A program made the position numbers and the translations under genes. A model generated the notes under the pieces. It saw only the letters and a program-made list of their open reading frames with translations. It was not told the origin of the DNA and did not search any database. Positions 8,152 through 21,035 of a DNA stretch of 64,000 nucleotides are shown here, piece after piece; the first letter of the stretch is position 1; the number at the start of each line of letters is the position of its first letter. This DNA comes from an uncultured Rikenellaceae bacterium (lineage in GTDB: Bacteria; Bacteroidota; Bacteroidia; Bacteroidales; VadinHA17): NCBI GenBank assembly GCA_964637415.1, contig CAZWUB010000003.1, positions 269 through 64,268 on the forward strand. Direction: 5' to 3'.

Positions 8152-9897
8152 ATGGACAACTTTATTGTTTCAGCAAGAAAATACCGCCCGGCAACATTCG
8201 ATATGGTTGTTGGTCAGGATACTATTACAAATACGCTGAAGAGCGCAATCAGGAACAATCATCTGTCGCAGGCTTATCTTTTCTGCGGACCCAGGGGAGT
8301 AGGAAAAACAACCTGTGCACGCATACTTGCCAAAACAATTAACTGTTTTAATCTGAAAGAGAACGGCGAAGCATGCGATGAATGCGAATCCTGCCAGTCT
8401 TTCAATACCCTGAGGTCATTCAATATACATGAACTTGATGCTGCTTCAAACAACAAGGTTGAAGATATAAGAAGCCTTAACGACCAGGTGCGGATACCTC
8501 CGCAGATAGGAAAATACAGCATATATATAATCGATGAGGTTCACATGCTGTCGGCATCAGCTTTTAATGCCTTCCTGAAAACACTTGAGGAACCACCACC
8601 CCATGCAATTTTTATACTGGCAACAACTGAAAAACATAAGATCATCCCTACAATTTTGTCGAGATGCCAGATATTTGACTTTAACAGGATAAGGGTTGAG
8701 GATATTATCAACAGGTTATCATACGTTGCAAAGAACGAGTCGGTTGTTGCTGAAGAAGAAGCACTGCACATTATTGCCCAGAAAGCCGACGGTGCCTTAC
8801 GTGATGCCCTTTCAATATTTGACCAGATTGTAAGCCTTGGTGGTAAGAACATTACCTACAGGGATGTAATAGAGAACCTTAATGTTCTCGATTATGAATA
8901 CTATTTTAAAACAATCGACGGAGCTATCAAAGGTGATATATCAACTGTCCTTGTAACTTTCAATGAGATACTGGCAAAAGGATTTGACGGATATAATTTT
9001 CTTTCAGGGCTCACAAGTCATCTGCGTGATCTTCTTGTAAGTAGGGATGAAGCAACATTAAGACTGATTGAAACCACTCCGGCTGTCCGGAAGAGATACT
9101 TGCAGCAGACAGCAGAATGTCCGGCTGATTTTCTTTATAAAGCCCTCGAACTGGGTAGCTATTACGATATAAATTACCGGAACAGTAAAAATCCCAGGCT
9201 TCACGTTGAATTGTTCCTTATAAGGCTGTCCCGAATATTGACTGAAAACGGTTCTGACCCTGAAAAAAAAAAGCCTTCAGGTAAGCAGCAGATAAGTGAA
9301 CATAATGAAATTCCTCTTCCATCCCGGTCTGAAATAATCCGGCAGACTGAAGACAAGAAAGGTGATAATGTTGGTAATCAAGATAGTACGACCAGTATAC
9401 ATACTCCGGTTATCGAAAGACCGACAAGAACCTTTTCAATAAAGGATGTTATAACAGACACAGCAAGACCGGCAGTTGAAAGATCAGAGCCGGTCACCGG
9501 CACAAACACCGGAGCATCCGATGGTGTTAAGGAGGAATTCAATGAAGAAACATTTTTTGTTGCCTGGAATGAATTCCGGAATAGCCTTCAAGGCGAAGGC
9601 GTACGGATAATAAGCATGTTCAAGTCTATAAATCCAAGGCTGGAAGATGATCATACAATTATTATCCCTCTGACAAATGCCGCCCAGAAGGACATTTTCT
9701 CGGAAAATTACAGGCAAAGGCTTCTGTCATGGTTCAGGGACAGATTTCTTGTTGAGGATCTCGATATTGAAACAGCTGTCGATTTGTCGGAGACAAATGA
9801 GGCTCCCTATACAGATGAACAGAAATATAATTATCTTCAGGGAAAGTATCCTGTAATGAATGATTTTAAAAAAACATTCAATCTTGACTTTACCTGA
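8152..9897 (+). CDS. dnaX: DNA polymerase III subunit gamma/tau
   Basis: Reads ARKYRPATFDMVVGQD...FCGPRGVGKTTCARILAK, then a Zn module CDECESCQSF and the Walker B IYIIDEVHMLS. 581 aa with a low-complexity linker after about residue 370. Confidence 0.95.
   Translation: MDNFIVSARKYRPATFDMVVGQDTITNTLKSAIRNNHLSQAYLFCGPRGVGKTTCARILAKTINCFNLKENGEACDECESCQSFNTLRSFNIHELDAASNNKVEDIRSLNDQVRIPPQIGKYSIYIIDEVHMLSASAFNAFLKTLEEPPPHAIFILATTEKHKIIPTILSRCQIFDFNRIRVEDIINRLSYVAKNESVVAEEEALHIIAQKADGALRDALSIFDQIVSLGGKNITYRDVIENLNVLDYEYYFKTIDGAIKGDISTVLVTFNEILAKGFDGYNFLSGLTSHLRDLLVSRDEATLRLIETTPAVRKRYLQQTAECPADFLYKALELGSYYDINYRNSKNPRLHVELFLIRLSRILTENGSDPEKKKPSGKQQISEHNEIPLPSRSEIIRQTEDKKGDNVGNQDSTTSIHTPVIERPTRTFSIKDVITDTARPAVERSEPVTGTNTGASDGVKEEFNEETFFVAWNEFRNSLQGEGVRIISMFKSINPRLEDDHTIIIPLTNAAQKDIFSENYRQRLLSWFRDRFLVEDLDIETAVDLSETNEAPYTDEQKYNYLQGKYPVMNDFKKTFNLDFT
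9263..9272 (+). other. A10 homopolymer containing the slippery heptamer A AAA AAG inside dnaX (candidate recoding or transcriptional-slippage site)
   Basis: In frame the sequence reads CCT GAA AAA AAA AAG CCT. The -1 frame gives GCC TTC AGG TAA (stop at 9282..9284). The +1 frame gives CTT CAG GTA AGC AGC AGA TAA (stop at 9293..9295). The position is codon ~371, at the end of the gamma-like part. Confidence 0.5.
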
Positions 9898-9956
9898 TTA
9901 GTATTGAACAACTTTAAAGAATAGATGTTATTGTACAAACCTTAAAAAAGTAAAAT

Positions 9957-10445
9957 ATGTTAAAAAAGAAAGTAGAAGATCTCTGCAACAGGCAGGTTGA
10001 AAGAGAAGGTTACTCTTCAAACCTTTATCTCGCAATGGCTTCATGGGCCGAAACAAATGGTCTGGCAGGCATCGCCGCCTGGCTGTATGCCCAGGCTGAG
10101 GAAGAAAAAGTACATATGCTCAAGTTCGTAAAATATATCAATGAGCGTGGCGGGAAAGCAGTTATTCCGGCATTCAAGAAACCACCTGAAGATTTCAAGG
10201 ACGTGGTGGAAATGTTCGACGAAGTATTAAAACACGAGCAGTTCATTTCAGCAAGCATAAATGATATTGTCGACCTTACACTGTCAGAAAAGGATTTCAG
10301 TACACATAATTTCCTCCAGTGGTTTGTCGCAGAACAGGTTGAGGAAGAATCTTCTGCCCAGTCTATTGTAGATAAACTGAAACTGGGAGGAAAGAATATT
10401 ATGTATCAGATGGACAGGGATATAATGAGGCTCAGGGAACAATAA
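9957..10445 (+). CDS. ftnA: Non-haem ferritin
   Basis: 162 aa. Reads QVEREGYSSNLYLAMASWAE...AQAEEEKVHMLKFVKYINERGG...EQVEEE, which are ferroxidase-centre residues. Confidence 0.9.
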   Translation: MLKKKVEDLCNRQVEREGYSSNLYLAMASWAETNGLAGIAAWLYAQAEEEKVHMLKFVKYINERGGKAVIPAFKKPPEDFKDVVEMFDEVLKHEQFISASINDIVDLTLSEKDFSTHNFLQWFVAEQVEEESSAQSIVDKLKLGGKNIMYQMDRDIMRLREQ

Positions 10446-10463
10446 CCTGAGGATCTGGTCCTT

Positions 10464-12917
10464 ATGATTAAAAGGAATATCTTTCTGTTAGCAGTATTTT
10501 TATCAGTATTCCCCCTGAACGCGCAGAAGCTGATAAAAAATACCCTTATCACCGGCGTATGTTATGCCGGTGATAAGGTTAACAGGATCTATATTCCCCC
10601 TCCTGAAGAGTTTTATAGGAAAGCAGGAATGAAAGGAGGGGCATCTGTAACTATATATTATTCCGGATTTCCCTCATCGGCAGTAACTGCAATGGAATAC
10701 GCCGCATCAATACTCAAATCCATTCTGCCTGCAGATACAGAGTTGACTGTCCTGGCATCATGGGAGAGTATCACAACCCAGGGTGTTCTGGCCAATTCAT
10801 CAACAACCGGCTATGCTCCGGGGTGGGGAATCGACGCGCTTCAACCTTATGCATTTTATCCTGCGGCCCTTGCAGAAAAAATTTATGGAGAAAAACTGAA
10901 TTTTGACCTCGAAGGCGATATTGAACTTACAGTGAACAGTTCAATTAACTGGTACATGGGAACAGACGGTAAAACTCCCGCACTGTCTTACGACCTAGTA
11001 ACAGTTGTAATCCATGAACTTATACATGGTCTTGGCTTTTTCGACAGTATGAATGCCGGATCAGTTACAGGATATTATGGTGCGGGTTCTGTTCCGCTTG
11101 TTTATGACACTTTTGTTGAAAACACTAATGGACAGAAGCTTACCGATACAACAGTTTTCGATAATCCTTCAGCTGAACTGAAAAACGAACTTACATCCGG
11201 AAAGCTGTATTTTAATGGTCGCCTTCTAAGCAAGTATACCTCCGGAGGAAAAGCAAAATTGTACGCTCCGTCGACCTTCGATGCCGGATCAAGCATTTCC
11301 CATCTTGATGAAAGCGCAACACTTAAGGAAAACCAGCTTATGACACCTTATATAAGCAGGGGCGAGGCAATTCATGATCCGGGAAAATATACAATGTCCA
11401 TTCTGGGTGACATTGGCTGGATCAATACGAGAATAGCACATGATCCGCCTCCGGATACTGAAGATTACATTACCGGCATAAACCTTTCTGCAACAATCAT
11501 TTCTGATACTACATATTTTCGTAATAACGTTGGTCTTGTCTGGTCGTTTGATAAATTTACAACAAGCGATACCCTTATAATGAATTCCACTCCCGGAAGT
11601 GATGTTTTTAATGCAAAAATCGATATACTTTCGTATGAAACCAACCTTGAATATTATATATATGTTGAGGATGATTTCAGGCGGATGTACCGTTCTCCAT
11701 CATACATAAAGGATTTCAGACATTCTGTCTATGTTGGTACTGATACAGTCAGACCAGTTATTTCACATTCTCCTGCGGATTACTATTTTGAAGTTGTCGA
11801 TTCGGTAAAATTTGATGCCATAGCAACAGATAACCTGGGGATTGATACCGTTTATATCGAGTATAAAATTAACCAGGGCCCGGTAAAGACTCTTGGTCTC
11901 AAACCGGATGTTGATGATAAATTCAGTAATTTGCTGAATATCAAAAAGCTTTCAATAACGAGCAATGATTCTATAGGGTACAGGGTAATTGCTGTTGACA
12001 AGGCAGGTACAGCTAACAGAAAGAACCTGCCCTCTGAAGGATATTTCTATATTACTTTTGAACGTATAAATGATGTTGCATTAAGTTATCATACTGATTT
12101 TGTAAGTAGTGTTGATGACTTTTTTAATCAGGGATTTGAGATAACCACTCCTAAAGGTTTTACAAGACCTGGCCTTCATACCAGACATCCTTATGAGAGT
12201 CCGGAGGAGACAGGAGACAGCATCGGGTATACTGCCATGCTCAGAACTCCTGTTAAGTTTGATGCAGGCGGAATGATAATAAGTTATAATGAGGTGGCTC
12301 TGATAGAACCGGGAGAAACAGGATCGCTGTTTGGCTCACCTGAATTTTATGATTATGTAATAGTTGAGGGATCAGTGAATTATGGTAAATCATGGTTCCC
12401 TGTCTCTGACGGGTATGATTCCAGATATCAGAAAGCATGGGAAACTGCTTATAACAGCTCCATCGTTGACAATAATTCAACTTATCAGGGAGATGAATCG
12501 ATGCTTGTAAAGCATACGATCTTTATCAAACAATCATCACAACTACAGGCCGGTGATACATTGGTCATCAGATTCCGGCTCTTCTCAGATCCTTATGCTA
12601 ACGGATGGGGCTGGGGCATCGAAGATTTTAATTTCGGACCGTTAATTGATAATGTTGACGATATAACTCACCGGCAGTCACTTATATATCCAAATCCGGG
12701 TAACGGGATCCTTACTATCCACAGGCCTGAAGGCTCAGCTATAAGACCAGCACGTTACACCGTTTTAAATTCAGCCGGAACACGGCTTCTTGAAGGCATT
12801 ATAAATGCCGGCGATATAATATCTCTTGATATTTCAGGTTACCCAACGGGTATATACTTCATCATCCTCCATGATCCATATGGTAGTCAGGTACTTAAAT
12901 ACAGCCTGATAAGGTAA
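10464..12917 (+). CDS. Secreted metzincin-like zinc metalloprotease with T9SS C-terminal sorting domain
   Basis: Signal MIKRNIFLLAVFLSVFPLNAQ. VIHELIHGLGFFD fits HExxHxxGxxD. The C-terminus LIYPNPGNGILTIH...GIYFIILHD...VLKYSLIR resembles a Por-secretion tail. Confidence 0.7.
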   Translation: MIKRNIFLLAVFLSVFPLNAQKLIKNTLITGVCYAGDKVNRIYIPPPEEFYRKAGMKGGASVTIYYSGFPSSAVTAMEYAASILKSILPADTELTVLASWESITTQGVLANSSTTGYAPGWGIDALQPYAFYPAALAEKIYGEKLNFDLEGDIELTVNSSINWYMGTDGKTPALSYDLVTVVIHELIHGLGFFDSMNAGSVTGYYGAGSVPLVYDTFVENTNGQKLTDTTVFDNPSAELKNELTSGKLYFNGRLLSKYTSGGKAKLYAPSTFDAGSSISHLDESATLKENQLMTPYISRGEAIHDPGKYTMSILGDIGWINTRIAHDPPPDTEDYITGINLSATIISDTTYFRNNVGLVWSFDKFTTSDTLIMNSTPGSDVFNAKIDILSYETNLEYYIYVEDDFRRMYRSPSYIKDFRHSVYVGTDTVRPVISHSPADYYFEVVDSVKFDAIATDNLGIDTVYIEYKINQGPVKTLGLKPDVDDKFSNLLNIKKLSITSNDSIGYRVIAVDKAGTANRKNLPSEGYFYITFERINDVALSYHTDFVSSVDDFFNQGFEITTPKGFTRPGLHTRHPYESPEETGDSIGYTAMLRTPVKFDAGGMIISYNEVALIEPGETGSLFGSPEFYDYVIVEGSVNYGKSWFPVSDGYDSRYQKAWETAYNSSIVDNNSTYQGDESMLVKHTIFIKQSSQLQAGDTLVIRFRLFSDPYANGWGWGIEDFNFGPLIDNVDDITHRQSLIYPNPGNGILTIHRPEGSAIRPARYTVLNSAGTRLLEGIINAGDIISLDISGYPTGIYFIILHDPYGSQVLKYSLIR

Positions 12918-12960
12918 ATACTGTAAAGTCTTTTTCAAATCCATTATCGGAAAATTAAAT

Positions 12961-12968
12961 TAATTTTG
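12961..12968 (+). promoter_or_regulatory. Candidate -7 promoter box TAATTTTG for secA
   Basis: Exact TAnnTTTG match 35 nt upstream of the secA ATG (13003). Confidence 0.35.
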
Positions 12969-13002
12969 CAGGATATTTTGAAATTCCGTAAGATTATCAG
13001 CG

Positions 13003-16000
13003 ATGAGTATTATAAATAAAGTTCTTGGACTCTTTCTTGGGAATAAGTATGAGAGGGATATTAAGGAGATAAATCCTTATGTGGAAAAGATCCATATTGA
13101 ATTTAATAAGATTCAGGCTCTGTCAAACGATCAGCTTCGGGACAGAACTCAGGAGATAAAAAAAAGAATACAGGAATATGTGAATGTGGATGAGGCCGAG
13201 ATAAGGTCTCTCAGGGAAAAATCTGAAAAAGAAGCTGATGTTTATAAAAAGGAAGAGCTTTATAACGAGATCGATAAAATTGAGAAGCGTATCACAGAAA
13301 AGCTTGAAGTGATCCTTGATGAAAGTGTTCCTGAAGCTTTTGCAATAGTAAAAGAGACAGCCAGGAGGTTTAAGGAAACAGGTGTTCTTGAGGTTACTGC
13401 CAGGGATTATGACAGGGATCTTGCTGCGACAAGGGAGAGCATTACTGTAAACGGCGATAAGGCATACTGGAGCAATAAGTGGATTGCAGGAGGGAATGAG
13501 ATTGTCTGGGATATGGTACATTACGATGTACAGCTGATAGGAGGTGTGGCTCTTCATAAAGGTAAGATAGCGGAAATGGCTACCGGTGAAGGTAAAACTG
13601 TCGTTGCCACTTTACCTGTATTCCTCAATGCACTGGCCGGCCGGGGAGTTCATATTGTAACTGTAAATGATTATCTCTCAAAACGCGACTCGGAATGGAT
13701 GGGCCCGATTTACGAATTCCACGGGCTTACAGTAGATTGTATCGACAAGCACCAGCCTAACTCTGCTGACAGGCGCAAAGCTTACAATGCAGATATCACT
13801 TTCGGGACAAATAATGAATTCGGATTTGATTACCTCAGGGATAATATGGCCATTAATCCTGAGGACCTGGTGCAGCGCAAGCATCATTATGCAATTGTTG
13901 ACGAGGTCGACTCGGTCCTTATTGATGATGCAAGAACGCCTCTTATCATTTCAGGTCCTACAGCCAAAAGCGATACACAGCAGTTTGATGAGCTTAAACC
14001 AAAGATCGAAAAGCTTGTCAGCGCCCAGAAGAAACTTGTTACACAGATCCTTGCCGACTCAAAAAAACATATTACCGAAGGAAAGGAAGAGGAGGGAGGC
14101 AAACTTCTTCTCAGAGCTTTCAAAGGATTGCCAAAGAACAGTGCATTGATAAAGTACCTTAGTGAGGAAGGCAACAGAACACTTCTGCAGAAGACAGAGA
14201 ATTTCTACATGCAGAATAACAGCAAGGAGATGCCCAAGGTGACGGATGAGCTGTATTTCATTATTGATGAAAAAGCAAATTCAATAGAACTTACTGAAAA
14301 AGGTATCGATCTTATATCCACTTCGGTTGAGGATGCAAGCTTCTTCATCCTCCCTGATGTGGGATCAAAAATTGCCGATCTCGAAAAATCAGGACTTGAT
14401 GAACGGGAAAAGCTTAAGAAGAAGGATGAACTGCTTCAGGATTATTCTGTTAAATCGGAGAGAGTTCATACAATGACACAACTTCTTAAAGCATGGACGC
14501 TGTTTGACAGGGATACTGAATATGTTGTGATGGATAATAAGGTTAAGATCGTTGATGAACAGACAGGCCGCATTCTTGAAGGCCGGCGCTATTCCGACGG
14601 TCTTCACCAGGCTATTGAGGCAAAGGAAAATGTTAAAGTTGAAGCGGCTACCCAGACTTATGCAACGATAACCCTTCAAAACTATTTCAGGATGTACCAT
14701 AAACTTGCAGGTATGACCGGTACTGCTGAAACAGAAGCCGGTGAATTCTGGAATATCTATAAGCTCGATGTTGTTGTTATCCCAACCAACAAATCGATTG
14801 TAAGGGACGACCGTGAGGATATCATTTATAAAACAAAACGTGAGAAATACAATGCCGTTATAGATGAGATCTCTGCACTGAATAAACAAGGCCGGCCTGT
14901 TCTTGTAGGTACAACATCAGTTGAGATATCCGAATTATTAAGCAGGATGCTTAAGATGAAAGGTCTGAAGCATAATGTTCTGAATGCCAAACTTCATCAG
15001 AGGGAAGCGGATATTGTTGCAGAGGCAGGGAAGACAGGTACAATAACAATTGCAACAAACATGGCCGGTCGTGGTACGGATATTAAGCTTACAGAAGAGG
15101 TAAAAAAAGCCGGCGGACTTGCAATAATAGGAACGGAAAGGCATGAATCGCGAAGAGTTGACAGGCAGCTGCGGGGGCGTTCAGGAAGACAGGGAGACCC
15201 GGGTTCATCCCAGTTTTTCGTTTCACTTGAAGATGAACTGATGAGAATCTTTGGTTCTGAAAGAATTGCCGGTATAATGGATAAGCTGGGCCTGAAGGAT
15301 GGCGAAATGATTCAGCATCCGATGATAACCAAATCGATAGAGAGAGCCCAGAAAAAAGTTGAGGAAAATAACTTCGGTATCCGTAAGAGGCTGCTGGAGT
15401 ACGATGATGTAATGAATTCCCAGAGAGAAGTTATTTACAAGAAAAGACGGCATGCCCTTCTCGGGGAAAGGCTAAGTGTGGACGTTGCAAACATGATGTA
15501 TGATGTCACTGAGAGCCTTGTTGAAAATTATCAGAAAGACGGGGATTTTGAGGGATTTGATTTTGACCTTATACGCTCATTTTCAATTGATTCTCCGGTG
15601 ACTTCCCAGGATTTTCTGAAAGAGGCGTCGAACGAAATTATTGATAAGGTATATGCAAAGGTTCTGGATACATACAAGCGGAAAGAAGAATCAATTTCGC
15701 AGCAGGCATATCCCGTACTGAAAGATGTATATGACCGGATGTCACATGTATATGAGAATGTTGTCGTTCCCATAACTGATGGCATTAAGGTATTCCAGGT
15801 TGTAACAAATCTGAAAGCAACTGCCGAGTCGGAAGGAAAGGAGTTAGCAAAATCTTATGAAAAGACTGTGGTACTGGCAACGATAGATGATGCCTGGAAG
15901 GAGCACTTACGCGAAATGGACGACCTGAAACAGTCAGTTCAGAATGCCACATATGAACAGAAGGATCCTTTGCTGATCTATAAATTTGAATCTTTCGAAC

Positions 16001-16332
16001 TGTTCAAGACAATGATCAGTAAGGTTAACAAAGATGTGGTAAGCACTCTTATGAAGGGACATATTCCCACTCAGGATCCTGAACAGGTCAAGGAAGCCCA
16101 GCGTCGCAGACAGGTTGAGAACCTGAGGACTTCCAAGAGTGATTTCTCACAATATAGTTCGACCGGTGGGGGTGGGGGCGGACAGGACAGGAACCAGAAG
16201 ACTGAACCTGTGAGAGTAGAAAAGAAGGTTGGAAGAAACGACCTGTGTCCGTGCGGCAGCGGAAAGAAATATAAACACTGCCACGGTCAGCAGCAGGCTG
16301 AGGGGCCAGCCAATGCCAGACCTAACGCCTGA
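13003..16332 (+). CDS. secA: Preprotein translocase ATPase SecA
   Basis: 1109 aa. Motifs [33 protein letters not shown] and [11 protein letters not shown]-terminal Zn-binding tail [14 protein letters not shown]. Confidence 0.97.
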   Translation: MSIINKVLGLFLGNKYERDIKEINPYVEKIHIEFNKIQALSNDQLRDRTQEIKKRIQEYVNVDEAEIRSLREKSEKEADVYKKEELYNEIDKIEKRITEKLEVILDESVPEAFAIVKETARRFKETGVLEVTARDYDRDLAATRESITVNGDKAYWSNKWIAGGNEIVWDMVHYDVQLIGGVALHKGKIAEMATGEGKTVVATLPVFLNALAGRGVHIVTVNDYLSKRDSEWMGPIYEFHGLTVDCIDKHQPNSADRRKAYNADITFGTNNEFGFDYLRDNMAINPEDLVQRKHHYAIVDEVDSVLIDDARTPLIISGPTAKSDTQQFDELKPKIEKLVSAQKKLVTQILADSKKHITEGKEEEGGKLLLRAFKGLPKNSALIKYLSEEGNRTLLQKTENFYMQNNSKEMPKVTDELYFIIDEKANSIELTEKGIDLISTSVEDASFFILPDVGSKIADLEKSGLDEREKLKKKDELLQDYSVKSERVHTMTQLLKAWTLFDRDTEYVVMDNKVKIVDEQTGRILEGRRYSDGLHQAIEAKENVKVEAATQTYATITLQNYFRMYHKLAGMTGTAETEAGEFWNIYKLDVVVIPTNKSIVRDDREDIIYKTKREKYNAVIDEISALNKQGRPVLVGTTSVEISELLSRMLKMKGLKHNVLNAKLHQREADIVAEAGKTGTITIATNMAGRGTDIKLTEEVKKAGGLAIIGTERHESRRVDRQLRGRSGRQGDPGSSQFFVSLEDELMRIFGSERIAGIMDKLGLKDGEMIQHPMITKSIERAQKKVEENNFGIRKRLLEYDDVMNSQREVIYKKRRHALLGERLSVDVANMMYDVTESLVENYQKDGDFEGFDFDLIRSFSIDSPVTSQDFLKEASNEIIDKVYAKVLDTYKRKEESISQQAYPVLKDVYDRMSHVYENVVVPITDGIKVFQVVTNLKATAESEGKELAKSYEKTVVLATIDDAWKEHLREMDDLKQSVQNATYEQKDPLLIYKFESFELFKTMISKVNKDVVSTLMKGHIPTQDPEQVKEAQRRRQVENLRTSKSDFSQYSSTGGGGGGQDRNQKTEPVRVEKKVGRNDLCPCGSGKKYKHCHGQQQAEGPANARPNA

Positions 16333-16339
16333 GAAAAGT

Positions 16340-17224
16340 TCAGATTAAATCTTCGGAAGCTTTCTGGATCCGTGTCATGACTGTTTTGTTCACCGGGACC
16401 AATGGGAGCCTTAAAATATTCTTGCACAGGTTCCTGACAGACATAAAAGCCTTAATTCCTGATGGATTTCCATCAGCAAAAAGCAGATCTATCACTTCAA
16501 TAAACCTGAAATGGATCTCCCGGGCCTGCTTTAAGTTATTTTTCAGTGCATGACTGACCAGTTCACTGCATTCTGCCGGCCAGGCATTCGCCAGCACAGA
16601 AATTACTCCCGATCCTCCTGATGCTATAACAGGAATAGTCAGCATATCATCACCCGAAATAACAAGGAAATTCTCCGGCTTACCTTTTATTATTCTCATT
16701 ATCTGAGCTAAATCTCCTGAAGCTTCCTTGATACCTATTATATTTTCACATTCATGTGCCAGCTCGAGAGTGGTATCTGAAGAAATATTACTTCCTGTCC
16801 TCCCCGGAACATTGTAAATTATTACGGGAAGCTGACTGCATGTTGCTATAGCTTTGAAATGCTGAATAAGACCTCTCTGACCCGGTTTATTATAATAAGG
16901 CGAAACCGACAGAATACCGTCTACTCCGGTAAGATCAAGCTCCCTGATACAGTTAATAATTTCCTGGGTGTTGTTACCGCCAATTCCGGCCATAACAGCA
17001 ACACGATTATCAACAGACTCGGTAACATATGTAAGGATCGCCTGTTTTTCATCCTTTGTAAGTGTCGGAGCCTCACCGGTAGTCCCCATAGCAACAATAT
17101 AATTCACACCTCCTGCAATGACATGATCAATTATGCGTCCCAGGGCTGCAAAATCAATGCTTGTATCGTTTTTGAATGGTGTTACAATAGCTACACCTGT
17201 TCCTCTGAATTTTTTATTGTTCAT
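16340..17224 (-). CDS. dapA: 4-hydroxy-tetrahydrodipicolinate synthase
   Basis: Reads GTGVAIVTPFKNDTSIDFAAL...VAMGTTGEAPTLT...IIYNVPGRTG...IGIKEASGD. 294 aa. Confidence 0.93.
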   Translation of the reverse strand: MNNKKFRGTGVAIVTPFKNDTSIDFAALGRIIDHVIAGGVNYIVAMGTTGEAPTLTKDEKQAILTYVTESVDNRVAVMAGIGGNNTQEIINCIRELDLTGVDGILSVSPYYNKPGQRGLIQHFKAIATCSQLPVIIYNVPGRTGSNISSDTTLELAHECENIIGIKEASGDLAQIMRIIKGKPENFLVISGDDMLTIPVIASGGSGVISVLANAWPAECSELVSHALKNNLKQAREIHFRFIEVIDLLFADGNPSGIKAFMSVRNLCKNILRLPLVPVNKTVMTRIQKASEDLI

Positions 17225-17800
17225 TTATTTTTCAACTATTTCCGGAGATTCTGATTTTATCATTTCGAGATAATGCATTACATGGTCAAGATAATTATCG
17301 ATCCTGAAAGGTTTTTTTAATTCTATCATTAAATCAAAAATAGGATTACTGTTTTCTGAGTCCCACAGACCAACCTTAAAATTAGCTGCCGATAACTTAG
17401 ATACATAATAAAGCGGGAATTTCTTGTCAAAATTTATATCTATGAGAACATCAAACTTTGTTTTAATAAATGTAGCTGCTTCAACTGATGAAACAGGTTT
17501 ATAGAAAAAGTCAAGCTCGGGTTGTCTTATGCATGAAAAGAATTTTATTGCAGTTAAATTGTTTGGAAGATCCTTCCCGGCATAGTATCCGATAATCTTC
17601 ACCTTAACATTCTTTTCGTTCATCCTGTTGTGGAACTTTGTGAGAATACTGAACTCCTCGTTATTTGATGCATCCCAGACAATTCCGATTTTTTTGATGC
17701 TTTCAATGTTGGAATAATGTACTTTCCTTTTAGACCTCGATCCTTTTCTTTCCAGGATGTATATCCCAACTTTTTGCCTGAATTCACCTAGTAATTCCAT
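17225..17800 (-). CDS. Conserved-looking hypothetical protein (191 aa)
   Basis: Its stop codon directly abuts the dapA start codon (17225/17224). It lies between ligA and dapA on the same strand. I cannot name any motif in it. Confidence 0.6.
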   Translation of the reverse strand: MELLGEFRQKVGIYILERKGSRSKRKVHYSNIESIKKIGIVWDASNNEEFSILTKFHNRMNEKNVKVKIIGYYAGKDLPNNLTAIKFFSCIRQPELDFFYKPVSSVEAATFIKTKFDVLIDINFDKKFPLYYVSKLSAANFKVGLWDSENSNPIFDLMIELKKPFRIDNYLDHVMHYLEMIKSESPEIVEK

Positions 17801-17844
17801 TCTGCAAACCTAACAGTTTTTTTTATATGCTACAGGGCATTATC

Positions 17845-21004
<3,160 letters not shown>

Positions 21005-21035
21005 ACCTGTATCTTATTGGGAAGAATAAATAAAA

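Noticed and set aside
16165-16181. G-run (ggtgggggtgggggcgg) as a possible G-quadruplex
   Set aside because: There are only two long G-tracts, and the run encodes the GGGGGG linker near the SecA C-terminus. That is not sufficient for a four-tract quadruplex.
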